Shown: positions 26,901-39,700 of the stretch, in pieces
Numbering within the stretch: position 1 is the stretch's first letter
Layout: each line of letters begins with the position of its first letter
From: Auanema rhodensis
Lineage: Eukaryota > Animalia > Nematoda
Direction of reading: 5' to 3'
DNA length: 64,000 nt
Assembly (NCBI GenBank): GCA_964057225.1
Contig: OZ059896.1
Coordinates: 14,694,001 to 14,758,000, forward strand
Program-made: the position numbers and the translations under genes
Notes under the pieces: generated by a model
The model's database searches: none
Seen by the model: the letters and a program-made list of their open reading frames with translations, nothing else
What the model was told of the DNA's origin: nothing

Positions 26901-29209
26901 CCAAGATCAACACCCCCATCGATCTTCAAATGTTCGTCAACTGGGAAGACAAGCTCACCCTCAAGACCGTCTTCAAGGTTCCAGAGACCAAGAGACACAT
27001 TGTCCACCTCATGACCCGCCCAGTCACCTACGTCGCCGTCTGGGACAAGGAAACCCGTCACTACCCCGAAACCATCGAGAAGACCATCTACCTCAAGGAT
27101 TCTCGCTACCCAGTTGAGACTATCGAGCGCGAATACTTCGAGAAGACCGGAATGAAGGTTTTGGTTTCCGGAAGCATCCGTCGCCCATTCTTCCCACTCT
27201 ACGCCACCGAGGAGCACAAGACTGTTCTTATCGGAGACAACCTCATCAACATCTGGTACGAGCCCATGACTGAGAAGGTCCGCGAGATCGTCTTCCACAT
27301 GGAAATGGACGTCTTCGAGCCAGTCAAGAGAATGGAAAGCCCAACTTTCGAAAACTTCTATGAGAAGAAGTCCATGAACAAGAGATACGAGACCGAGGAG
27401 GAAGACTTCGAGGTTGAGATGACCGACTACAAGACTGAGACTGAGAGCGAACGCCGCAACGTCTTCGCCAAGTACGTCAAGAACCTTGAGATCGTCAAGG
27501 CTTACAAGCACAGACTCTCCTTCAAGCTTGAGACTGTCGGAGATATCAAGAACAAGCTCGAGACTGAGGTCCGCGCCATCTGCGACGACAAGATCCGTTA
27601 CTGCCGTGTCCACTTTGAGGCCCGTCGCACTCCCTTCGGAGAGGAATCCCGCGAGTGGGAACTCAAGGCTTTGATCCAAACCCTCTACCCAGAGATGCCA
27701 ATGACCTTCAAGCAAATGTTCGATCAAATGCACCGTGAATTCATCGGAAACATGGAAATCCAATGGGGATCTGAGGAGAAGTACACCATGAACCTCAAGC
27801 TCCAAGGACAACAAAGCCGTGACCAAAAGATCTGGATGAAGAAGGTTGAGCGCGAGCAAAACGGACTTACCGAGACCGAGAAGCTCATCGAGGCCGCCAA
27901 GTTGAACCAATACAAGCTTGTTGCTGAGCACAAGATCAGCCCAATGCACAAGATGTACCTCCGCAACTTCCTTTCTCTCCTCAAGAGCTGGAACTTCATG
28001 AACACCCAAGTTGAGTTCACCAACAAGATGTACGAAGGACGCATGGAGGCTAAGCTCACCATCGAGCCAATCAGCCGCCGCTTCTGCGACATCGTCATTG
28101 AGACCCCAGAGCAACGTGTTCTCTTCCGCAACATCGTCGTTCCATTCGAGCTCCCAACCCTCAACATCCGCCGTCACTACGGATCTATCAACTCCATGAA
28201 GCACATCGCTGAGAAGATCGAGAAGGAGACCCGCGCTGAATGCGTCGTCAAGAGCAACGAGATCAAGACCTTCGATAACCTCTTCTACAGACTTCCAATG
28301 GTTCCATGCCAAACTGTTCTTGCCAAGGATTGCTCCTCTGAGATCCCCAAGTTCACCGTTCTTATGGAGAAGGTTGCCAAGAACACCGAAGAGAAGATCC
28401 TCACCATCCACCACGAGAAGAACAGCATCGAACTCGAATTGAAGAGAGAGAAGATGATCGTTAAGGTCAACGGAGAAATCATCAAGTCTGAGAAAGAGTT
28501 GGAGAACTTCGGAATCTTCATCATCACTGAGAAGCTCTACAAGATCGATCTTGAAGACGTTCTCGTCACCTTCGACGGAATCCACGCCAAGATTCAACTC
28601 TCTGCTCTTTACAAGAACAAGCAATGCGGAATCTGCGGACACTACGACAACGAGGTTTGTTCTAATTGCCCAGCATCACTATTGTGAATTCTATTTCATT
28701 CCAGGAAACTAACGAGTTCCGTCGTGCTGACAACATCGAGACCACCGACCTCATGGAGTTCCACAAGAGCTTCTTGCACAAGAACCAAAGATGCGAGATG
28801 GACGAGTACGAGCTCAACAAGGAGTCCAACTACAAGATTCTCCGTGAGGAGACCAGCAGCAGCGAGGAAGAGCTTATGAACGAGTACGAAGGTACAGCTT
28901 GTTTCTTATCCAATCTCAACCCAACTTTGTTTTTTTTCAGAGCCCGAGCTCCGCACTCGCGTTCTTGAGCGTGGACACCGCATGTGCTTCTCCGAGATGC
29001 CAGTTAAGAGCTGCCGCACTGAGAAGAAGGAATCCGAAACCACCTACAAGCAAATGACCTTCAGATGCCTTCGCAAGTCTCTCCCAGTTGTTGAGAAGAT
29101 GATGCGCGAACTCCGCAAGGAGAAGGTCTTGACCACCGACATGCTTGAGGAGATCGAAGAGACCTACGAGCACAAGATCCGCGTCCCAAAGATGTGCCTT
29201 GCTTATTAA
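23964..29209 (+). CDS. vit-6: Vitellogenin vit-6 type, copy 1 (6 exons: 23964-24290, 24335-24466, 24513-24602, 24647-28654, 28705-28891, 28941-29209; ~1670 aa)
   Basis: Signal peptide, VIT-6-like N-terminus (FRSEREYRYLFDGHLSTALPV...RMQLR...ATSQEE), ERTLEGECEV, RGKR candidate convertase site at 26384-26395, vWD motif CGICGHYD; exon lengths sum to 5013 nt in frame. Confidence 0.95.
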
Positions 29210-29362
29210 ACTAATTTTCTTATAGTTAATAATAAAAAATTTTATATTTTATATTTTCTTCACATAATTAGCATAAATACCATACAATTAGTACAATAAT
29301 TACGTAAAACACGTGAAAACCTCAGAGGGAATATCCAAAACCATCATTTCAGTCAAACATCG

Positions 29363-29470
29363 CGTGACCAATGAAGCTTTGCCGAGGTGCGATTATTGCT
29401 GGTTGAAAAACTTTTTCTAATTACCCGAAACATGGGTGATATACGCAATTTTTGAATGCCTGATAAGGCT
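29363..29470 (+). ncRNA. U4 snRNA-derived copy lacking the 5' ~20 nt (probable pseudogene), unit 1
   Basis: CGTGACCAATGAAGCTTTGCCGAGGTGCGATTATTGCTGGTTGAAAAACTTTT matches nematode U4 5' stem-loop/stem I; Sm site AATTTTTG; terminal hairpin GCCT-GATA-AGGC. Confidence 0.88.
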
Positions 29471-29581
29471 GATTAGCATATTATGGAAGATTGTTCCACG
29501 TGAAATGACGTCATTTTTCAAAACTAAACTAGAAGGAACGGTTGCACTCCGTACATATTCCGAAAAGAAAGAAAATCCTTC

Positions 29582-29700
29582 GCTTACGACCATACCACGT
29601 TGAAAGTACGCCATCCCGTCCGATCTGGCAAGTCAAGCAACGTTGGGCCCGGTTAGTACTTGGATCGGAGACGGCTTGGGAATCCCGGGTGCCGTAAGCT
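29582..29700 (+). rRNA. 5S rRNA gene, unit 1
   Basis: 119 nt GCTTACGACCATACC...TAGTACTTGGATCGGAGAC...GTAAGCT, near recalled C. elegans 5S; terminal stem pairs; followed by T-run Pol III terminator. Confidence 0.97.
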
Positions 29701-29793
29701 TTTCCCTTTTCTAATATTTTCAAATACGTTTATCATTATCGGTTACCTATATGGTATATGGTTAGTATTTCATAGTTGTTCATAATATTATTT

Positions 29794-30171
29794 TCGATGA
29801 TTTTGGGTTAGTGACGGTGTTTCCTTTTCCCAGACTGAGACATACGAGACTAGGCGGGTCAGGAGATGGACAATATGTCCCTTGGTCTCTGAATTCTTGA
29901 AGACGGTCTCCTCTAGGGAATGTTGATCTTGGCTCCGTGGAGAAGTTTGACTCCGTATCACACTACTGGAGTGCGAACTTCAAGCTTGATAACATGAGTG
30001 GAAGCAATTTCTGGTTTAGGAACATGGTGGAGTCCGGTGAAGCGGTCAGAGCTCTTGGCCTCGAATTCAACCATGATGTGTCCGGTGGCAGTAGCAAGAG
30101 TTGACATCTTAGATTCAAGAACGATTACCATACCGAGGGTTGTTGGGATCTTGCGGATGGTATTGTGAACG
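29794..30171 (-). pseudogene. Inverted, diverged internal vit-6 fragment, unit 1
   Basis: Reverse complement aligns by eye to vit-6 exon 4 (~26656-27078) with many substitutions and an ~45-bp internal deletion. Confidence 0.92.
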
Positions 30172-30349
30172 GTGATTTGAAATTAACATTGATAGTTGAT
30201 TAGCCATTAAGATCTTATCAAAGAAAAGAAAAAAAAACTGAGGAAATGCAATGAAATGGGAAAATGATTGGAAGCACATGTCAATATGAATTGATATATA
30301 AGAAAGGAACTGAACAGTAAAGGACAGTCTACGACTCTCATCAAGAACG

Positions 30350-33300
30350 ATGAAACTTCTCGTTCTCGTTGGCCTCTTGGGGCTAACCCTGGCTAGTCTG
30401 CCATCTTTCGAGAGACGCGATATCAACGAAGTCGAATTCCGCTCCGAGCGTGAATACCGTTATCTCTTCGATGGACATCTCTCTACTGCTTTACCTGTCT
30501 CTGAAAGCCAGAAGGCTATCACTCGTATCCAATCTCTTGTCAGCATCCAACCTGAATCTTCTGAATATTGGTTCCGCATGCAATTGAGAAATCTCCGCTG
30601 GGCTACTAGCCAGGAAGAGGTCGACACCCTCAGAATGCTCCCATTCGAGAGCATGGAGGAGGTCACCCTCGAGAAGGTAATATAAACTTCCTCTTTTCTA
30701 ATTCATCTTCCTTGTTTCAGGAGCAAGAACGTCTTCTCTCCCTCCCAATCCGCTTCAACTACAAGCACGGACTTGTCGGAGATGTCGAATTCGACGGAGA
30801 AGAGCTCGCCTGGTCCAAGAACATCAAGAAGTCCATCGTCAACATGCTCCAAGTATTCAGAATCTCTTCCTATAGTTTTCTAATCTTCTGAAATTCAGAT
30901 CAACTACGTTAAGAAGGGAGTTGAGATGCGCGACCACATGACCGAGGAAGAAGACATCCACAAGAACGACTACTTCACCGTTGTCGAGGTAAATGCCATC
31001 TGAGCTTAACCCAAAAACCTTTTGAACTTCAGCGTACCCTCGAAGGAGAGTGCGAGGTTGCCTACACCAGAATCGAAGAATCCAAGGAATTCGAACAATG
31101 GACCAAGTCCGTCAACTTCGACAAGTGCAACATCCGCCCAGAAGTCCGTTACGGACGCCGCTTCGTCGAGAAGTGCGAAGAATGCGAGAAGACCGTCGCT
31201 GACGAGAAGCTCTCTTCCACCGTCATGACCTTCAACCTCACTCACGGACGCACTGAGAACAAGTTCCTCATCCGCGATGTCGAACTCCGTTCCCAACACT
31301 TGTTCGCCCCAATCGCCGACAAGAACCAACTCCTCGTCTCCTACGTCTACAACAAGCTCAGCCTTGTCTACGCCGGAGAGGTCGAGAAGACCATCGAGAA
31401 GATCCAAGTTGAAGAGAAGGAAACCCTCATCTACAACTCTGAGATGGAAATTGCCGAGGAGATGTTCGCTATGACCGGAGAAGAGAAATACCTTCGCCAC
31501 ATCCCCATGTGGAGCAACAAGGTCGAGATGGTTAAGCAGATCTTCAACAAGATTGTCAAGGACCTCGAATCCGGAGTTGAACTCGAGACCACCAACCTCA
31601 TCGCCCGCGTTGTCAAGGTTCTCCGTTTCTGCACTGAGCACGAGATCGAGAAGATCGAGCGCTTCTTGTACGACATGGAGAAGATGGAGGAGAAGACTGT
31701 TGAAAAGATGCGTCACATCTTCTTCGACTCCCTTGCTCTTTCTGGAACCAAGGTCACCATCCGCCACCTTCTTGAGAAGATGACCAAGAAGCAAATGAAC
31801 CCCATCAAGGCTTCTCAACTCTTCAAGATGCTCGCCGAGATCCGTGTCCCATCCGAATACATCGCTGAAGACGTCTACCGTTTCTGCGAGTCTGATGTTG
31901 CCCACCGCAACCCAGTCCTCCGTCAATCCTGCTGGCTCACCTACGGATCCATTGTCTCTGGATTCTGCGGAGACAACGAGGAGAAGATGGCCTACGAATT
32001 GAAGGAGAAGCTCTGCACTCGCTCCCTCAAGCAAAAGATCGTCGACCAACTCATCCGCAAGTTCAAGTCTGCTGAGACCCGCTACGAGAAGGTCCTCATG
32101 ATCAAGACCCTCTCCAACGCTGCCATTGACGTTTCCGTCTACAGCCTCAACACCATCATCGCTGACAAGATGGAAGAGAAGACCGTCCGCCTCCAAGCCA
32201 TCGAGGCTCTCCGCCGTCTCCGCACCGTCATGCCACGCAAGATCCAATATGTCCTCATGCCAGTCTACAAGGACCGCATGGAGCTCCCAGAGATCCGCAT
32301 GTCCGCCCTCAACATCATCCTCATGACCAGACCAGAGGAAGCCATCCTCAGCCAAGTTGTTGAACAAGTCATCGTTGAGCGCAGCCGTCAAGTCCGCGTC
32401 TTCACCTACAACCTTCTCTCCACCCTCACCAAGTCCACCAACCCATGCGAGAAGGTCTTGGCCCTCCGTGTTTCCAAGGCTCTCCGCCTCATCCCAACTG
32501 AGCTTAAGCAAAACCTCTTGGACAGCCGCTTCAACAAGTGGACTCTCTACAACACCGAGTACATGACTGGAGCTACCTTCAACTGGGCTTCCATCTTCAG
32601 CTCTGAATCTGTCCTCCCCAAGGAAATCATGGCTTCCCTCGACTCCGTCTTCGGAGGAGAATGGAACAAGTACTTGGCTCAAATCGGACTCTACCAAAAC
32701 AACATGGACGTCATCCTCAACAAGATGATCCGCAAGGTTGAGCAATCCGGACTTGAGACCCTCGTCGTCCGTGGAAAGAGATCCGCCACTTTCCGCCCAG
32801 TCGAGATCCTCCGCACCATCGCCGAGAAGTTGAACATCAAGCGCCGTGAGATGAGCAACGACGAACCAGAGGCTCTCCTCTACTTCCGTTACAAGGACAT
32901 GGACTACGCTTTCCTTCCAATTGACATGGAAACCATCCCAGAGCTTTTCAAGAAGATCGCCCGCGAGGGAAGAATCGAGCTTGGAGACATTGAGCGTGTT
33001 CTCTCCCACGGATTCCACTACACCCTTTCCGGAGCCGTCTTCGTTCACGAGACCATCCGCAAGATCCCAACTGCCCTCGGTATGCCAATCGTTCTTGGAT
33101 CCAAGATGCCAACCCTTGCTACCGTCACTGGACACATCAAGGTTGAATTCGAGCCCAAGAGCTCTGACCGCTTCACCGGACTCCGCCTCCACCTTGTTGC
33201 CAAGCCAGAGGTTGCTTCCACTCACGTCATCAAGCTTGAAGCCCGCACTCCAGTTGTCTACTCCGGAGTCAAGCTTCTCCACGGAGCCAAGATCAACACC

Positions 33301-35595
33301 CCCATCGATCTTCAAATGTTCGTCAACTGGGAAGACAAGCTCACCCTCAAGACCGTCTTCAAGGTTCCAGAGACCAAGAGACACATTGTCCACCTCATGA
33401 CCCGCCCAGTCACCTACGTCGCCGTCTGGGACAAGGAAACCCGTCACTACCCCGAAACCATCGAGAAGACCATCTACCTCAAGGATTCTCGCTACCCAGT
33501 TGAGACTATCGAGCGCGAATACTTCGAGAAGACCGGAATGAAGGTTTTGGTTTCCGGAAGCATCCGTCGCCCATTCTTCCCACTCTACGCCACCGAGGAG
33601 CACAAGACTGTTCTTATCGGAGACAACCTCATCAACATCTGGTACGAGCCCATGACTGAGAAGGTCCGCGAGATCGTCTTCCACATGGAAATGGACGTCT
33701 TCGAGCCAGTCAAGAGAATGGAAAGCCCAACTTTCGAAAACTTCTATGAGAAGAAGTCCATGAACAAGAGATACGAGACCGAGGAGGAAGACTTCGAGGT
33801 TGAGATGACCGACTACAAGACTGAGACTGAGAGCGAACGCCGCAACGTCTTCGCCAAGTACGTCAAGAACCTTGAGATCGTCAAGGCTTACAAGCACAGA
33901 CTCTCCTTCAAGCTTGAGACTGTCGGAGATATCAAGAACAAGCTCGAGACTGAGGTCCGCGCCATCTGCGACGACAAGATCCGTTACTGCCGTGTCCACT
34001 TTGAGGCCCGTCGCACTCCCTTCGGAGAGGAATCCCGCGAGTGGGAACTCAAGGCTTTGATCCAAACCCTCTACCCAGAGATGCCAATGACCTTCAAGCA
34101 AATGTTCGATCAAATGCACCGTGAATTCATCGGAAACATGGAAATCCAATGGGGATCTGAGGAGAAGTACACCATGAACCTCAAGCTCCAAGGACAACAA
34201 AGCCGTGACCAAAAGATCTGGATGAAGAAGGTTGAGCGCGAGCAAAACGGACTTACCGAGACCGAGAAGCTCATCGAGGCCGCCAAGTTGAACCAATACA
34301 AGCTTGTTGCTGAGCACAAGATCAGCCCAATGCACAAGATGTACCTCCGCAACTTCCTTTCTCTCCTCAAGAGCTGGAACTTCATGAACACCCAAGTTGA
34401 GTTCACCAACAAGATGTACGAAGGACGCATGGAGGCTAAGCTCACCATCGAGCCAATCAGCCGCCGCTTCTGCGACATCGTCATTGAGACCCCAGAGCAA
34501 CGTGTTCTCTTCCGCAACATCGTCGTTCCATTCGAGCTCCCAACCCTCAACATCCGCCGTCACTACGGATCTATCAACTCCATGAAGCACATCGCTGAGA
34601 AGATCGAGAAGGAGACCCGCGCTGAATGCGTCGTCAAGAGCAACGAGATCAAGACCTTCGATAACCTCTTCTACAGACTTCCAATGGTTCCATGCCAAAC
34701 TGTTCTTGCCAAGGATTGCTCCTCTGAGATCCCCAAGTTCACCGTTCTTATGGAGAAGGTTGCCAAGAACACCGAAGAGAAGATCCTCACCATCCACCAC
34801 GAGAAGAACAGCATCGAACTCGAATTGAAGAGAGAGAAGATGATCGTTAAGGTCAACGGAGAAATCATCAAGTCTGAGGAAGAGTTGGAGAACTTCGGAA
34901 TCTTCATCATCACTGAGAAGCTCTACAAGATCGATCTTGAAGACGTTCTCGTCACCTTCGACGGAATCCACGCCAAGATTCAACTCTCTGCTCTTTACAA
35001 GAACAAGCAATGCGGAATCTGCGGACACTACGACAACGAGGTTTGTTCTAATTGCCCAGCATCACTATTGTGAATTCTATTTCATTCCAGGAAACTAACG
35101 AGTTCCGTCGTGCTGACAACATCGAGACCACCGACCTCATGGAGTTCCACAAGAGCTTCTTGCACAAGAACCAAAGATGCGAGATGGACGAGTACGAGCT
35201 CAACAAGGAGTCCAACTACAAGATTCTCCGTGAGGAGACCAGCAGCAGCGAGGAAGAGCTTATGAACGAGTACGAAGGTACAGCTTGTTTCTTATCCAAT
35301 CTCAACCCAACTTTGTTTTTTTTCAGAGCCCGAGCTCCGCACTCGCGTTCTTGAGCGTGGACACCGCATGTGCTTCTCCGAGATGCCAGTTAAGAGCTGC
35401 CGCACTGAGAAGAAGGAATCCGAAACCACCTACAAGCAAATGACCTTCAGATGCCTTCGCAAGTCTCTCCCAGTTGTTGAGAAGATGATGCGCGAACTCC
35501 GCAAGGAGAAGGTCTTGACCACCGACATGCTTGAGGAGATCGAAGAGACCTACGAGCACAAGATCCGCGTCCCAAAGATGTGCCTTGCTTATTAA
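30350..35595 (+). CDS. vit-6: Vitellogenin vit-6 type, copy 2
   Basis: Copy 1 shifted by 6386 bp; a handful of SNPs. Confidence 0.95.
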
Positions 35596-35748
35596 ACTAA
35601 TTTTCTTATAGTTAATAATAAAAAATTTTATATTTTATATTTTCTTCACATAATTAGCATAAATACCATACAATTAGTACAATAATTACGTAAAACACGT
35701 GAAAACCTCAGAGGGAATATCCAAAACCATCATTTCAGTCAAACATCG

Positions 35749-35856
35749 CGTGACCAATGAAGCTTTGCCGAGGTGCGATTATTGCTGGTTGAAAAACTTT
35801 TTCTAATTACCCGAAACATGGGTGATATACGCAATTTTTGAATGCCTGATAAGGCT
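35749..35856 (+). ncRNA. U4 snRNA-derived truncated copy, unit 2
   Basis: Same sequence as 29363-29470. Confidence 0.88.
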
Positions 35857-35967
35857 GATTAGCATATTATGGAAGATTGTTCCACGTGAAATGACGTCAT
35901 TTTTCAAAACTAAACTAGAAGGAACGGTTGCACTCCGTACATATTCCGAAAAGAAAGAAAATCCTTC

Positions 35968-36086
35968 GCTTACGACCATACCACGTTGAAAGTACGCCAT
36001 CCCGTCCGATCTGGCAAGTCAAGCAACGTTGGGCCCGGTTAGTACTTGGATCGGAGACGGCTTGGGAATCCCGGGTGCCGTAAGCT
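35968..36086 (+). rRNA. 5S rRNA gene, unit 2
   Basis: Same sequence as 29582-29700. Confidence 0.97.
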
Positions 36087-36179
36087 TTTCCCTTTTCTAA
36101 TATTTTCAAATACGTTTATCATTATCGGTTACCTATATGGTATATGGTTAGTATTTCATAGTTGTTCATAATATTATTT

Positions 36180-36557
36180 TCGATGATTTTGGGTTAGTGA
36201 CGGTGTTTCCTTTTCCCAGACTGAGACATACGAGACTAGGCGGGTCAGGAGATGGACAATATGTCCCTTGGTCTCTGAATTCTTGAAGACGGTCTCCTCT
36301 AGGGAATGTTGATCTTGGCTCCGTGGAGAAGTTTGACTCCGTATCACACTACTGGAGTGCGAACTTCAAGCTTGATAACATGAGTGGAAGCAATTTCTGG
36401 TTTAGGAACATGGTGGAGTCCGGTGAAGCGGTCAGAGCTCTTGGCCTCGAATTCAACCATGATGTGTCCGGTGGCAGTAGCAAGAGTTGACATCTTAGAT
36501 TCAAGAACGATTACCATACCGAGGGTTGTTGGGATCTTGCGGATGGTATTGTGAACG
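36180..36557 (-). pseudogene. Inverted, diverged vit-6 fragment, unit 2
   Basis: Same sequence as 29794-30171. Confidence 0.92.
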
Positions 36558-36735
36558 GTGATTTGAAATTAACATTGATAGTTGATTAGCCATTAAGATC
36601 TTATCAAAGAAAAGAAAAAAAAACTGAGGAAATGCAATGAAATGGGAAAATGATTGGAAGCACATGTCAATATGAATTGATATATAAGAAAGGAACTGAA
36701 CAGTAAAGGACAGTCTACGACTCTCATCAAGAACG

Positions 36736-39700
36736 ATGAAACTTCTCGTTCTCGTTGGCCTCTTGGGGCTAACCCTGGCTAGTCTGCCATCTTTCGAGAG
36801 ACGCGATATCAACGAAGTCGAATTCCGCTCCGAGCGTGAATACCGTTATCTCTTCGATGGACATCTCTCTACTGCTTTACCTGTCTCTGAAAGCCAGAAG
36901 GCTATCACTCGTATCCAATCTCTTGTCAGCATCCAACCTGAATCTTCTGAATATTGGTTCCGCATGCAATTGAGAAATCTCCGCTGGGCTACTAGCCAGG
37001 AAGAGGTCGACACCCTCAGAATGCTCCCATTCGAGAGCATGGAGGAGGTCACCCTCGAGAAGGTAATATAAACTTCCTCTTTTCTAATTCATCTTCCTTG
37101 TTTCAGGAGCAAGAACGTCTTCTCTCCCTCCCAATCCGCTTCAACTACAAGCACGGACTTGTCGGAGATGTCGAATTCGACGGAGAAGAGCTCGCCTGGT
37201 CCAAGAACATCAAGAAGTCCATCGTCAACATGCTCCAAGTATTCAGAATCTCTTCCTATAGTTTTCTAATCTTCTGAAATTCAGATCAACTACGTTAAGA
37301 AGGGAGTTGAGATGCGCGACCACATGACCGAGGAAGAAGACATCCACAAGAACGACTACTTCACCGTTGTCGAGGTAAATGCCATCTGAGCTTAACCCAA
37401 AAACCTTTTGAACTTCAGCGTACCCTCGAAGGAGAGTGCGAGGTTGCCTACACCAGAATCGAAGAATCCAAGGAATTCGAACAATGGACCAAGTCCGTCA
37501 ACTTCGACAAGTGCAACATCCGCCCAGAAGTCCGTTACGGACGCCGCTTCGTCGAGAAGTGCGAAGAATGCGAGAAGACCGTCGCTGACGAGAAGCTCTC
37601 TTCCACCGTCATGACCTTCAACCTCACTCACGGACGCACTGAGAACAAGTTCCTCATCCGCGATGTCGAACTCCGTTCCCAACACTTGTTCGCCCCAATC
37701 GCCGACAAGAACCAACTCCTCGTCTCCTACGTCTACAACAAGCTCAGCCTTGTCTACGCCGGAGAGGTCGAGAAGACCATCGAGAAGATCCAAGTTGAAG
37801 AGAAGGAAACCCTCATCTACAACTCTGAGATGGAAATTGCCGAGGAGATGTTCGCTATGACCGGAGAAGAGAAATACCTTCGCCACATCCCCATGTGGAG
37901 CAACAAGGTCGAGATGGTTAAGCAGATCTTCAACAAGATTGTCAAGGACCTCGAATCCGGAGTTGAACTCGAGACCACCAACCTCATCGCCCGCGTTGTC
38001 AAGGTTCTCCGTTTCTGCACTGAGCACGAGATCGAGAAGATCGAGCGCTTCTTGTACGACATGGAGAAGATGGAGGAGAAGACTGTTGAAAAGATGCGTC
38101 ACATCTTCTTCGACTCCCTTGCTCTTTCTGGAACCAAGGTCACCATCCGCCACCTTCTTGAGAAGATGACCAAGAAGCAAATGAACCCCATCAAGGCTTC
38201 TCAACTCTTCAAGATGCTCGCCGAGATCCGTGTCCCATCCGAATACATCGCTGAAGACGTCTACCGTTTCTGCGAGTCTGATGTTGCCCACCGCAACCCA
38301 GTCCTCCGTCAATCCTGCTGGCTCACCTACGGATCCATTGTCTCTGGATTCTGCGGAGACAACGAGGAGAAGATGGCCTACGAATTGAAGGAGAAGCTCT
38401 GCACTCGCTCCCTCAAGCAAAAGATCGTCGACCAACTCATCCGCAAGTTCAAGTCTGCTGAGACCCGCTACGAGAAGGTCCTCATGATCAAGACCCTCTC
38501 CAACGCTGCCATTGACGTTTCCGTCTACAGCCTCAACACCATCATCGCTGACAAGATGGAAGAGAAGACCGTCCGCCTCCAAGCCATCGAGGCTCTCCGC
38601 CGTCTCCGCACCGTCATGCCACGCAAGATCCAATATGTCCTCATGCCAGTCTACAAGGACCGCATGGAGCTCCCAGAGATCCGCATGTCCGCCCTCAACA
38701 TCATCCTCATGACCAGACCAGAGGAAGCCATCCTCAGCCAAGTTGTTGAACAAGTCATCGTTGAGCGCAGCCGTCAAGTCCGCGTCTTCACCTACAACCT
38801 TCTCTCCACCCTCACCAAGTCCACCAACCCATGCGAGAAGGTCTTGGCCCTCCGTGTTTCCAAGGCTCTCCGCCTCATCCCAACTGAGCTTAAGCAAAAC
38901 CTCTTGGACAGCCGCTTCAACAAGTGGACTCTCTACAACACCGAGTACATGACTGGAGCTACCTTCAACTGGGCTTCCATCTTCAGCTCTGAATCTGTCC
39001 TCCCCAAGGAAATCATGGCTTCCCTCGACTCCGTCTTCGGAGGAGAATGGAACAAGTACTTGGCTCAAATCGGACTCTACCAAAACAACATGGACGTCAT
39101 CCTCAACAAGATGATCCGCAAGGTTGAGCAATCCGGACTTGAGACCCTCGTCGTCCGTGGAAAGAGATCCGCCACTTTCCGCCCAGTCGAGATCCTCCGC
39201 ACCATCGCCGAGAAGTTGAACATCAAGCGCCGTGAGATGAGCAACGACGAACCAGAGGCTCTCCTCTACTTCCGTTACAAGGACATGGACTACGCTTTCC
39301 TTCCAATTGACATGGAAACCATCCCAGAGCTTTTCAAGAAGATCGCCCGCGAGGGAAGAATCGAGCTTGGAGACATTGAGCGTGTTCTCTCCCACGGATT
39401 CCACTACACCCTTTCCGGAGCCGTCTTCGTTCACGAGACCATCCGCAAGATCCCAACTGCCCTCGGTATGCCAATCGTTCTTGGATCCAAGATGCCAACC
39501 CTTGCTACCGTCACTGGACACATCAAGGTTGAATTCGAGCCCAAGAGCTCTGACCGCTTCACCGGACTCCGCCTCCACCTTGTTGCCAAGCCAGAGGTTG
39601 CTTCCACTCACGTCATCAAGCTTGAAGCCCGCACTCCAGTTGTCTACTCCGGAGTCAAGCTTCTCCACGGAGCCAAGATCAACACCCCCATCGATCTTCA

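Noticed and set aside
24636-28527. Short Ser/Thr/Arg/Pro-rich ORFs overlapping vit-6
   Set aside because: Off-frame products of the same codon bias.
24620-28642. 1340-aa antisense ORF (and copies at 31006, 37392, 46045)
   Set aside because: Codon-for-codon shadow of vit-6 exon 4; open because the sense frame avoids TTA/CTA/TCA; L/D/V/G-rich with no domain features.
29417-29430. SL1 gene in the 5S unit (TAATTACCC)
   Set aside because: Match is only 9 nt and lies inside the U4-derived 3' stem-loop.
29417-29723. 64-65 aa ORFs repeated in each unit
   Set aside because: They are the antisense of 5S rRNA and U4-derived sequence.
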